A DNA stretch of 26,162 bases from a virus, in IMG/VR virus record IMGVR_UViG_3300007072_000039, one strand, 5' to 3'. Both the position numbers and the translations under genes were made by a program. Below the pieces are notes generated by a model, which was not told where the DNA came from, ran no database searches, and was given only the letters and a program-made list of their open reading frames with translations. How positions within the stretch are numbered: position 1 is the stretch's first letter; each line of letters starts with the position of its first letter. Below, one piece after another: positions 6,447 through 15,253 of the stretch.

Positions 6447-7274
6447 TTGTCTCAAGAGCTTAAGCAGAAAGCGCACCCTTGCCCCTACTGCAACGAAAGC
6501 TTCGACTACAACATAGAACTCGGCCTCCACCTCGCAAGCTGGCACAGAGGCAAACCCACACCCACCACCCCACTAGCAACCCAAAATAAACCTCAACCCC
6601 AAACAAAACCCCAAACAACCCAACAAGAAGAACTAATCATAGAATACAACCTCGCCCAATCCAAACAAGGTCTAGGCGAACTCTGCCCAGTCCTCAAAGA
6701 CGCAAACGGAAACATCATAGACGGATTCCACCGCAAAGGCGAAAACGCCGACTGGCGCGAAGAAACCATACCATGGATCGATACACCCGTCAAATTAGAG
6801 TTGGCACGGCTAGCCGTAAACTTCAACCGACGCCGAGTCACACCCCAAGAACTCACAGAACGCCTAACTTTTCTTGCAAAAGCAGGTTTAAAAGCTGATG
6901 AGATTGCAACACAAACAGGCATCAGTAAAACCACAATTTACCGTTATCTTCCCAAAGACTTGAAGAATGAGAAAGCAATCAAAATATCGGGTGCTTTAAA
7001 GGCTAAATCTGAAATCGTCAGAAAGGAAGTACCACCTGAAACATCATATAAAAAGATTCACGATACAAACCCAATTAGCCAAATTAAACAAGAAACAGAC
7101 AAACTAACAATAGCTACTTCACCATACCCTGAACTGAAAATACCAAAAATCAATTACGAAAAAATAAAAAACAACCTCACACCTACAGAGGAAAAACAAA
7201 CAACAACTGTTTGCATATGCCCAAACTGTCACCAACCCATCCACAACTGCCCACGCGGAGGTGACATAACATGA
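6447..7274 (+). CDS. C2H2 finger + ParB/Srx-like domain + HTH protein, 275 aa
   Basis: CPYC...HLASWH; PVLKDANGNIIDGFHR (ParB N-domain DGxHR motif); ADEIATQTGISKTTIYRYL HTH; C-terminal CPNC. Confidence 0.8.
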   Translation: MSQELKQKAHPCPYCNESFDYNIELGLHLASWHRGKPTPTTPLATQNKPQPQTKPQTTQQEELIIEYNLAQSKQGLGELCPVLKDANGNIIDGFHRKGENADWREETIPWIDTPVKLELARLAVNFNRRRVTPQELTERLTFLAKAGLKADEIATQTGISKTTIYRYLPKDLKNEKAIKISGALKAKSEIVRKEVPPETSYKKIHDTNPISQIKQETDKLTIATSPYPELKIPKINYEKIKNNLTPTEEKQTTTVCICPNCHQPIHNCPRGGDIT

Positions 7275-7852
7275 TAAGTACCAAACTTTTAGCCGCCCTC
7301 ATCACAGTCATCGTCGCCTCAGGCGCAAGCACAGGCCTATACCTAGCCACCCAACCACAAGAAGCTGCCGTAGCAGATGAACCCGTAACCCCGCCATCCA
7401 GCAGCCCCAACCCACAAAACATAACAGACAGCACAATTTACGCCGAAAACTCCACAATCATCGCAGGAGAAGGCAGCCAAATAATCAACCCAAACCCCAC
7501 CCCAACCACAACTCCAACACCAACACCGCAACCAACCCTAACCATAACCTACCTCGAAAGCACCCCTGACCCCGCAGACCAAACAGGACAAACCACAAAA
7601 TACACCTTCACCATCACCACCAACACCCAACTAACCTACACCCCAAACACAGTCAACACCGCCATCGCCCATTTAGCCAACCAGTACCCTCTTAAAACCG
7701 CAGAATACAACATTATAACCCCCATCTGGACAGCTTCAACCATAACCAACGGTAAAGGCAACTTCGACCTCTACAGCACAACAGAACTAACCGAACTACA
7801 ACTCCAAACATTAGCAAAAGATCTGCAAACTGCTCTCTCAACTCTCTTATAG
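7271..7852 (+). CDS. Membrane-anchored/secreted protein with Pro/Thr linker, 193 aa
   Basis: N-terminal hydrophobic helix LLAALITVIVASGASTGLYL and PNPTPTTTPTPTPQP linker. Confidence 0.8.
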   Translation: MISTKLLAALITVIVASGASTGLYLATQPQEAAVADEPVTPPSSSPNPQNITDSTIYAENSTIIAGEGSQIINPNPTPTTTPTPTPQPTLTITYLESTPDPADQTGQTTKYTFTITTNTQLTYTPNTVNTAIAHLANQYPLKTAEYNIITPIWTASTITNGKGNFDLYSTTELTELQLQTLAKDLQTALSTLL

Positions 7853-7867
7853 AGAGCTTCCGCTAAC

Positions 7868-7890
7868 CCCAAAAATTAAATGAAAAAAAC
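7868..7890 (-). terminator. Possible oligo-T terminator at the end of the late operon
   Basis: Minus strand reads TTTTTTTCATTTAATTTTT just downstream of the last late gene. Confidence 0.4.
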
Positions 7891-7903
7891 AGAGTCAAGC
7901 AGG

Positions 7904-8173
7904 TTAAATTACACCCGCTTGCTTTTTCCGAATATAACTATAAAGCTGCATAATAAGCACCGTCAACAACGTCGGCAACGCCACAACAAGCTCACTCAAA
8001 TCAACACCAGCCACATAAGTCGCCAATGCAAAAGCAACCAACGCAGTAATCTGCACCGCCAAAGTCTCCGCAAATTTAGATACATCAAAAGGCTCACCGC
8101 TTTTCAATTTACCCAGACTAGCATACGCCAAAGTCAAAGCAATAGATATGATGTAGGGATAAAAGGCTTCCAT
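7904..8173 (-). CDS. Holin-like small membrane protein, 89 aa
   Basis: Three hydrophobic segments and a basic C-terminus (YIRKK); last gene of the late operon; GGAGGTGA RBS favours the ATG at 8173. Confidence 0.6.
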   Translation of the reverse strand: MEAFYPYIISIALTLAYASLGKLKSGEPFDVSKFAETLAVQITALVAFALATYVAGVDLSELVVALPTLLTVLIMQLYSYIRKKQAGVI

Positions 8174-8213
8174 ACCAAAACTCACCTCCAAAAAAAACTA
8201 TAAACAAAAAAAA

Positions 8214-8405
8214 CTATTCAGACTTAGACTTTACCGGGGCTTGCAGCTCACGAAGTTTCTCTTGCAACGCCTGATTTTCGTCGAGAAGCACCTTGATAGT
8301 TTGATTCAAGGCCTCCAGTAAATCATTTATACGCAAGTTAAGTTTGCCAACAGCCTGCTGTGCAGCTGGGGAAAGTTCAAGCTGCTTCTGAGGAGATTGC
8401 GCCAT
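8214..8405 (-). CDS. Small coiled-coil protein, 63 aa
   Basis: Heptads LNLRINDLLEALNQTIKVLLDENQALQEKLRELQ; overlaps the end of the tail gene. Confidence 0.65.
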   Translation of the reverse strand: MAQSPQKQLELSPAAQQAVGKLNLRINDLLEALNQTIKVLLDENQALQEKLRELQAPVKSKSE

Positions 8406-11400
8406 CTTGCTTTTTCACCTCTCTTAAAGCCTGTAACTGTAATTCTAGTTCTTGAACATGACTTTTCAAACGCTCCAACTCTACAGGGATTTGTGTTTCC
8501 AGCGCCGCTATCTTTTGGTCATGCACTTCTACGCCATCATAGAAGGTGAGTAAAAGTTCGCTTGTTTCGTCGTAGCGTTTAGCGAGGGCTTTAGCGCAAC
8601 CTAACCCAAAACTTACCATGTCAAAAAGGCTGTAGAATTCGGGTTTTTCTGGGTGTTTTAGCATATTGAATGGGTCGTTTTTTGGCGGCATAATTTTTGT
8701 GCTGTCATAAGTGTCTGGGACTTCGGCGTCTTTTTCACCCCAGAGTTTAACAAGTGATAGGTCGTCGTAGTCGTCGAAGGTGTGACCTGAATAGTTATGT
8801 GTCCATAATTCTTCAAGATACACATATTTCCACCAATACGTAGTATTGCCAAGTGAGCCAGAACTGCTATTGTCGGGTAATACATTGCGGGCTACTACTG
8901 CCGACCAATAATAAGTTGAGTTGCCGATTTGTCCCTGTCCACCGCTTGTTGGGATTATTTGGTTGTTACCTATCCAAATGTAGCCGCTTGATGCAGCTAA
9001 ACTCAAGTTACCATTCTGGTTTGTTATACCGAAATCTCCAGCGTTTGTTACATTTATAAAACTGTTAGAACCGTTAAAACCTACACTGATACGATTACTG
9101 CCACTAACCTGCAACGTAACCGCTGGATTAGTTGTATTAATATAGCATCCTGCTTCAGCTACAAAATCGTTTTGGCTACGCACCGTTGAACCAGCAAGAT
9201 ACAAAGCACCTGATGCACTTGAAAGGTAACTGTTGCCACTGTAATGCCGTAGAATAAGTTTATCACTACCTGCTTGCTGCAAAGTAACTTGCACAGTACC
9301 ACTATTGCTGCTGTTCACGTTAAAGTAAACAGTGTTAGCATGCTCAACTTTAGTATCTTGACCAAGCGTTAACGCGCTACCATTTATAGTGTACAATCCA
9401 CCAGCAATAGACAAGTTACCTGACATATCAACAGATAACAAATTAGAAGACGTATTTGTGGCATATACTTTAAACGCAGGACTATAACCCGCAGTATGAA
9501 CACCAAACACCCAACTACCCAATGAAGTATGCAACAATAAATAACGGTTAGTTGAATCGCTGAAATCACGTATAGCCTGACCACTATTTAAACAAATATC
9601 TGCGTTAGTATACACAGATTTATTGTTGTATGAAATCATTTCAAAATTGCCATTGTCATAAGCAATATTCATGCCAACAAGCCATTGACGTGTACCTGTG
9701 TTGGTGTAGAAATCAAGCCAACCAAAAGCGTTACTTAATGATTGAGAAGTTTTAAATGCTAAAGTTGGTTGACTACTATTAATTAATATATTGTTGGTTA
9801 CTGTGCCCCCATTCCAACCCGCAGCCGCCGACCATTGCGGCTTACCGTCACTGTTAACAGTTAAAACCTGCCCCACACTACCACTTGCATTAGTAGCATC
9901 GTAGAGTTTCAACCCAGTGGAGCCGTTGTAGAATTTTAGGTGGTCAAAAAGATAGATACCTGTGCCGCTTGCACTGTTGAGGTGGTCGCATTTAGCGTTA
10001 CTAACTTTAATATCGGCTAAAACATCGCTTGAGTTGAGCACTTTTAATTCGCCATCGGCATCACTAAAGAGGCGAGTTGCACCGTTACGAAGCTTAACAT
10101 AGTTGCTGTTGTTAGAAACCACAAAGTCGCCACCAGCCGTAATATGACGATACGCGCCGAAGTCACCGTTATGAGTCCATGAAGCTAAAGTTTTGCTGCC
10201 TAAAACGTCGTAGAGGAAAAGTATGTCGGTGCTGCTTTGATAACTCAAATTCATCTTATGCACAGACGCATCATAGAACAAGATTGAAGCGTCAGAAGCG
10301 GTATTAGCATAGAGGCTAAGTTGCGGAGTAGCTTTCTGAATAACAAGATTTGATGTTACAACCCCAGTGACTGAAAGGTTGGCTCCAGCAATCAAGTTGC
10401 CGCCGCTTTGGATATCACCGAACGCACCAAAATTACCCGCATGATTTAACGTAGCAATTACGCGACTACCTAAATGGTCATAGACAAAAAGTTGATCAAG
10501 GCTACTACTATACGCCAACGACATTTTTAATACAGAATCATCGTAGAAGGTGACTGTGGGGTTAGATGCAGTGTTAGCCTTCAAATTCAAAGTAGGCGTC
10601 GCTTTAGTAATAGTTACATCGGTAGTGAAGTTGGCGCCACCCGAAGTAAACCAATCATCACCATTAAGTTTCTTGATGGCATCAGCATAAAGCGTATAAG
10701 TCATAACGCCTGACCAAGCAGCAGAAGGAGAACCCAACCCGAAAGCGTTATCAGCATTAGGATTCACATTGCTAGCCGTAATATTAGCACACCGCAAATG
10801 CCCCAACTGACTATAAGGAATCGGAACACCAGGAGTAGCAAACGGCGGAATAGGCGTCGAATAACCCGCCCTACGAATATAGAAGGTATCAAAATAGAAA
10901 GCAGCATCATCTTTGTCTCCGCAATCCACCCAACTACTACCATTATAACGGTAAAGGTGATTATTGGTCGAATTAATGTAGAATTGACCCGACTGTGGAT
11001 TAGACGGAGCTGAAGAGCGAGTTTCAATATCATGCAAACTACTTTTTTCACTATGGATCAGCCATGCGCCTGCTGGGTCAAATTGACTAGTCATCCCTGA
11101 CCCAAGCGCAATAAGACCCTGATTAGCAGACACGAAACCCCCACAAGAAATATCTTTCTTCACCACAAACCCAGTAGAAACCCCAAAAATAGGACTATAA
11201 CTAGCAGGATTTGTCTCCTCATTGATGATTACTTCAAATAAATCCGTATAATGCCCCGTCAAAGTATCCGCAATACGAAGATAACTGCCACCTGTAGGCA
11301 TAGTTTTAGAAGCAGGAAGCCAAATACCATTTTCAAAGCCCCAAATATAATTAATTAAATCAGCCTTAGTAATAGCCTCATGTGGACTACTAATATTTAG

Positions 11401-13080
11401 CAATCCATTACCCATATACCCCCCAGAACCACCGCTTAAAACAGACCCAGAACCCGCGAAACTGCTCTCAAGAACCCGAACCCTATTTTCCAACCGCGAA
11501 ATAATAGCTAACTGTGTAGTTTGCGGTGCAGAGGAAGATAACTTAAAACGTGTCGGGTCCGCACCTATCCCTGAATTATGAAGCACCAACTCCAATTCAG
11601 TTACAGCATCATGTCCTCTACAAATAGACACACCAGGAGTAGCTATATGGTGGATTGATAAAATTCTGTACGTCAATGGTGTAGAACCATAACCGATGTA
11701 TGCTTCTGGAGCTAAAACATCAACAAGATATCCAGGATAGAGTATTGCAGGTTGAAAAGTACAAATTAATTTTAGTTTATTTATTGGGTTTTTGCGGTTA
11801 ATCAATTCTGCGTCAGTGATTTCTTGAAGATGCACTTGACTTTTTATATCGCTGCGAAGCAAAGGAAGCATTGCTTTGCCGTAAGTAGAAATGCTTGTGG
11901 CATCCTGGGCATAAGCCCAAACATCAACGCCATCAATCGTTAATCCATCAATCCAGATATGCGTACCAGTATTACCAATACGATAAGGCACATAAACGCC
12001 GATACGTTTCAGTTTCCAGGTAAATGTTGAGCCTGAAAGATAATACCATTCTCCTGGGTTTGGATTGCCAAAAAGTAAATTGCGAAATACTGCGCTTGGA
12101 CCTAGGGTAAAGGTGCCTTTTATCCAGTCAGTTGTCAATGGATTGAGAACAGTTTTACATGCTATTTCATGGTTTTGGTCATCCATCGCGTAGAGGTAGA
12201 TTTCGCTAAGGCTATCATGGTTGAACCATAGTTCACATTGCCGATCTTGTAGAGAGCAATCAATTTCTGTGTGGTTATAAATTGGAAATTGCAAATACAG
12301 TTTTGCATATGCATCATCAGTGATAGTTGCTTTTATTGACGCTTCATCTACTGCTACTGTTGTGTCATCTATGGCCGTGCAATTAGCCGTGCCGAAATCA
12401 GAAGCGTTACCAGTAGTCCAATGCCCTTTTAGTTCACCTGCGTCGATACGAATGTAGTTGTAGATGTCTATGCCTGCTTTGGTTTCTGGGTCAATTTTTA
12501 GGATATTATTAGTTACATCATTAGCAAGAGCTTTTAGAAGTACGCCACTGTTAGGGGCGTTTGTTAATTTCCAAAGTTGCAAACTTTTATCATTACGAAC
12601 ACAAAAATCGTATCCGATTAGTTTGGCCCCTTCTACGAACCCACTTTGTAGATATGTTCGATTGAATTTTATTGAAACAATATCAGCAGTTGATGGAGAA
12701 GTATATGTTATTTCACTTCCCGCAATGGAAAGGGCATCATCCACTATATCGTCAAATTTTTTGTTAACATAATCTTTAATGATGAAAAGTCTTGATAAAT
12801 CACGCCCATAATTTCTACCAGTACAAGTGACATATTTTGAGAATACAGCATTTTCGTCTGAGACTTCAGGTTTTACATCATCAACGTACCCAGCCATGAG
12901 AGTTGTTCCATTTATGCCTAATGAAACAATATAGTTAGTTGCTAAAATTTGTGAAGCACCGCTGATGTTGTCTAGTTCAAGTTCCCATCTACCTACTCCG
13001 CCTGATTCTATCCAGATATCGAGTCGCTTCGCTGCACCTGCGAAGTCTTGACTATTGATTATTGAATTTATGGTTGTCAA
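8377..13080 (-). CDS. Large tail-tip protein: hub/Tal-like N-terminus, fibre repeats, C-terminal coiled coil, 1567 aa
   Basis: Follows the tape measure gene; RWELELDN...LMAGYVDDV...TCTGRNYGRDL hub-like start; APSNPQSGQFYINSTNNHLYRYNGSSW fibre motif; internal duplications. Confidence 0.8.
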   Translation of the reverse strand: MTTINSIINSQDFAGAAKRLDIWIESGGVGRWELELDNISGASQILATNYIVSLGINGTTLMAGYVDDVKPEVSDENAVFSKYVTCTGRNYGRDLSRLFIIKDYVNKKFDDIVDDALSIAGSEITYTSPSTADIVSIKFNRTYLQSGFVEGAKLIGYDFCVRNDKSLQLWKLTNAPNSGVLLKALANDVTNNILKIDPETKAGIDIYNYIRIDAGELKGHWTTGNASDFGTANCTAIDDTTVAVDEASIKATITDDAYAKLYLQFPIYNHTEIDCSLQDRQCELWFNHDSLSEIYLYAMDDQNHEIACKTVLNPLTTDWIKGTFTLGPSAVFRNLLFGNPNPGEWYYLSGSTFTWKLKRIGVYVPYRIGNTGTHIWIDGLTIDGVDVWAYAQDATSISTYGKAMLPLLRSDIKSQVHLQEITDAELINRKNPINKLKLICTFQPAILYPGYLVDVLAPEAYIGYGSTPLTYRILSIHHIATPGVSICRGHDAVTELELVLHNSGIGADPTRFKLSSSAPQTTQLAIISRLENRVRVLESSFAGSGSVLSGGSGGYMGNGLLNISSPHEAITKADLINYIWGFENGIWLPASKTMPTGGSYLRIADTLTGHYTDLFEVIINEETNPASYSPIFGVSTGFVVKKDISCGGFVSANQGLIALGSGMTSQFDPAGAWLIHSEKSSLHDIETRSSAPSNPQSGQFYINSTNNHLYRYNGSSWVDCGDKDDAAFYFDTFYIRRAGYSTPIPPFATPGVPIPYSQLGHLRCANITASNVNPNADNAFGLGSPSAAWSGVMTYTLYADAIKKLNGDDWFTSGGANFTTDVTITKATPTLNLKANTASNPTVTFYDDSVLKMSLAYSSSLDQLFVYDHLGSRVIATLNHAGNFGAFGDIQSGGNLIAGANLSVTGVVTSNLVIQKATPQLSLYANTASDASILFYDASVHKMNLSYQSSTDILFLYDVLGSKTLASWTHNGDFGAYRHITAGGDFVVSNNSNYVKLRNGATRLFSDADGELKVLNSSDVLADIKVSNAKCDHLNSASGTGIYLFDHLKFYNGSTGLKLYDATNASGSVGQVLTVNSDGKPQWSAAAGWNGGTVTNNILINSSQPTLAFKTSQSLSNAFGWLDFYTNTGTRQWLVGMNIAYDNGNFEMISYNNKSVYTNADICLNSGQAIRDFSDSTNRYLLLHTSLGSWVFGVHTAGYSPAFKVYATNTSSNLLSVDMSGNLSIAGGLYTINGSALTLGQDTKVEHANTVYFNVNSSNSGTVQVTLQQAGSDKLILRHYSGNSYLSSASGALYLAGSTVRSQNDFVAEAGCYINTTNPAVTLQVSGSNRISVGFNGSNSFINVTNAGDFGITNQNGNLSLAASSGYIWIGNNQIIPTSGGQGQIGNSTYYWSAVVARNVLPDNSSSGSLGNTTYWWKYVYLEELWTHNYSGHTFDDYDDLSLVKLWGEKDAEVPDTYDSTKIMPPKNDPFNMLKHPEKPEFYSLFDMVSFGLGCAKALAKRYDETSELLLTFYDGVEVHDQKIAALETQIPVELERLKSHVQELELQLQALREVKKQDGAISSEAA

Positions 13081-13151
13081 AACTTTGTTCTCCTATCGTG
13101 TAAAGGAATAAACCTTATAAGAGTAGTTAACTCCGAAAATACAAGAGAAAA

Positions 13152-13385
13152 ATGATATTACCGATAAAATTAGTATATGCAACGAGGCTTATTCTCTATG
13201 TTTTAGCCTTCATAGGGGTTGGCGCATTTCTGACATTACTATCTATTTATGCATTTGCACCTGAAAAATTATCATTGGCATTAAATAGTACTGGTGGCGT
13301 CTTGGCTTTATTATTCTTAATTGGATTCACATCTTTTGTAGTCTGGGCTACTGCCGTTATACATGATAAATCCTTAAGAAAGTAA
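13152..13385 (+). CDS. Two-helix membrane protein on the opposite strand within the tail operon (moron-like), 77 aa
   Basis: Two hydrophobic helices; AT-rich; fills the gap between TMP and the tail-tip gene; TATA-like CTTATAAG at 13114-13121. Confidence 0.75.
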   Translation: MILPIKLVYATRLILYVLAFIGVGAFLTLLSIYAFAPEKLSLALNSTGGVLALLFLIGFTSFVVWATAVIHDKSLRK

Positions 13386-13387
13386 TT

Positions 13388-14410
13388 CTAAGGAATGATT
13401 CCTGTCCCGAAGCCTCGGATGGCACGATTTTGGTCAGCCTGCCAAACTTGGAATTGCTCTGCAGTTGTAAAATTTTTTGTTTGCATAATTGCTTTTTGGT
13501 ATTCTAGTTGTTCTCTTTTTTGCTGCTCAAGATAACTAGAAATCTGACGATAAATACTATACGCCAACATCAACAAACTCAACACACCCACAACATTACC
13601 CTCAGATATCTGCCCAATACTCCGCTTCAACCGATCCGCCTCACGCAGCCCGGGGAGCATACGAATAATACGACTAGAAGCAGACTCCAAACCCTTAATT
13701 TCAGAACCCTCCGAAAGCACCGCACCAACTTTAGCCTCAGCAACAACAGACCTAGCGGATATACCTTCTAAATCAGCTTCGGAACTCCTAACTACCCCAT
13801 CAACCTGCGTTTTGGCCGCATCAACTTGATTAAGTAACTCAGCTAGCTTTTCCTGCCCCTCTGCCACTGTAGAATCTACATCACCCATCCAATCCTTAGG
13901 GTTCAACGTCTTAACTTCCTCATAGAGCGGCCCCCAATTTTCAGGTTCTTCCCCCTCCACTTGAATTTTAACCGCTTCAGCATGAGCAGACAACGCATCA
14001 AGTTTCGCAGTTCCATCCGCGACAACATCATCCACCTCTGCTTTAGCCGCTTCAAGCCGCGCAAAGAAACCGCCAAGGTCAGGTTCAGCCATATATGGCT
14101 CTTTAAGCTCAGCTTCGGGTAGAATATAGAGGTCTTCGAGGTTTTCAGCGTTTAAGGTAGGGGCTTTAGGGGTAGAAACCTCAACAGTTTTTTCGATTAA
14201 AACAGACTGTTTAGGTACAGAAACCTCAATGTTTTCAGAGGGTAAAATAATGGGTTCGGTGGGTGTGGGTTGGTTAGTTGGCGGCTGAGGTTGTTCTCCA
14301 ACGATTTGTCCCCGTAAACGATTGCTTTTTTCAAGTGCAGCATCAAGCTTAGCTAAAGCCGCATCTATCTCAGAAGTATCAATACTAGGAATAATATTTA
14401 CGTCGCTCAT
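13388..14410 (-). CDS. Probable short tape measure protein, 340 aa
   Basis: Position; helical VDxxVxxGxxKL-type repeats; hydrophobic VVGVLSLLMLAYSIY segment. Confidence 0.6.
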   Translation of the reverse strand: MSDVNIIPSIDTSEIDAALAKLDAALEKSNRLRGQIVGEQPQPPTNQPTPTEPIILPSENIEVSVPKQSVLIEKTVEVSTPKAPTLNAENLEDLYILPEAELKEPYMAEPDLGGFFARLEAAKAEVDDVVADGTAKLDALSAHAEAVKIQVEGEEPENWGPLYEEVKTLNPKDWMGDVDSTVAEGQEKLAELLNQVDAAKTQVDGVVRSSEADLEGISARSVVAEAKVGAVLSEGSEIKGLESASSRIIRMLPGLREADRLKRSIGQISEGNVVGVLSLLMLAYSIYRQISSYLEQQKREQLEYQKAIMQTKNFTTAEQFQVWQADQNRAIRGFGTGIIP

Positions 14411-14775
14411 AAAACAGCCTCAAACTCCGCCATCAACCGTTGCACCAAAACCTCACTTGGATTAACCCATTCAACACTACATTGACACCGCAATGCCGCA
14501 TGAAAACTAGTTTCATTATGAACCAACGCTTTAAAAGGCGAAAGAACCTCAAGGAAAGGAAACTCGTAGAGCAAGTAGTCCCCACGATAAGAATTACTGT
14601 CAAAAGGAGTACAAGTCGGACAAGCCTTACCATCTTGAGATATATGATAAAGCCAAGTTTCGTCATGCTGCAAAACAGGCCAACCCTCAGCAGCCCGCAA
14701 CATACAAACCCCCCGAATACGCTGCAACTTTGCACGTATTTCAGCTAGCGACCCAAAAAGAGTTAACGTAGGCAT
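14407..14775 (-). CDS. MuF-like Zn-binding protein in the tail module, 122 aa
   Basis: WLY...DGKACPTC...H...RCQC resembles the MuF D.x.CxxC...HxxCRC core. Confidence 0.55.
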   Translation of the reverse strand: MPTLTLFGSLAEIRAKLQRIRGVCMLRAAEGWPVLQHDETWLYHISQDGKACPTCTPFDSNSYRGDYLLYEFPFLEVLSPFKALVHNETSFHAALRCQCSVEWVNPSEVLVQRLMAEFEAVL

Positions 14776-15038
14776 TTTCGGTACTTCTCCCCCACAGATA
14801 CACTAAAACCCCGAGCTTGCAAATCAGCAACATACGCAGCTAGCGGAGAAGGCATAGTGACTTTAGCAAACAACCCAACAAGAGTCAACACGCTAGCGAT
14901 TTCATCAACGTCTAATTCACCGATAGCCTCAGCTGAGAGAACCCCATGAAAATGCGCAGACACCGCACGCAAATAGTAATCTGCTTCACGCCCCCGCCCT
15001 TTATTACGGAGCGCGGCTAGCAAGGTTTTAAACTGCAT
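14763..15038 (-). CDS. Putative tail assembly chaperone, downstream (T/GpE-like) part, 91 aa
   Basis: Position between tube and TMP; AHFHGVLSAEAIGELDVDE resembles the FH..P.EI..L motif. Confidence 0.45.
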   Translation of the reverse strand: MQFKTLLAALRNKGRGREADYYLRAVSAHFHGVLSAEAIGELDVDEIASVLTLVGLFAKVTMPSPLAAYVADLQARGFSVSVGEKYRKCLR

Positions 15039-15240
15039 CGACAGCCGCTTTTATGTAATCTATGAAAACAACATCCAATTTCGCATCAGAAACAGCAAGA
15101 GCCACAGCTAACTGCATATCAGTGATTTTATTATGGTCACAGTTAGGCAGGTAGTTTACTGAGAGTTTGCGGTCCACAAGTTGAACATCGACGATTCCGG
15201 GGATGGCTTTGAGTTTTTGTTCAAGTTCCTCAAAACTCAT
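15028..15240 (-). CDS. Putative tail assembly chaperone, upstream (G-like) part, 70 aa
   Basis: GGAG RBS and ATG at 15240; directly after the putative tube gene. Confidence 0.45.
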   Translation of the reverse strand: MSFEELEQKLKAIPGIVDVQLVDRKLSVNYLPNCDHNKITDMQLAVALAVSDAKLDVVFIDYIKAAVDAV

Positions 15241-15253
15241 TTCGTACCGTCTC

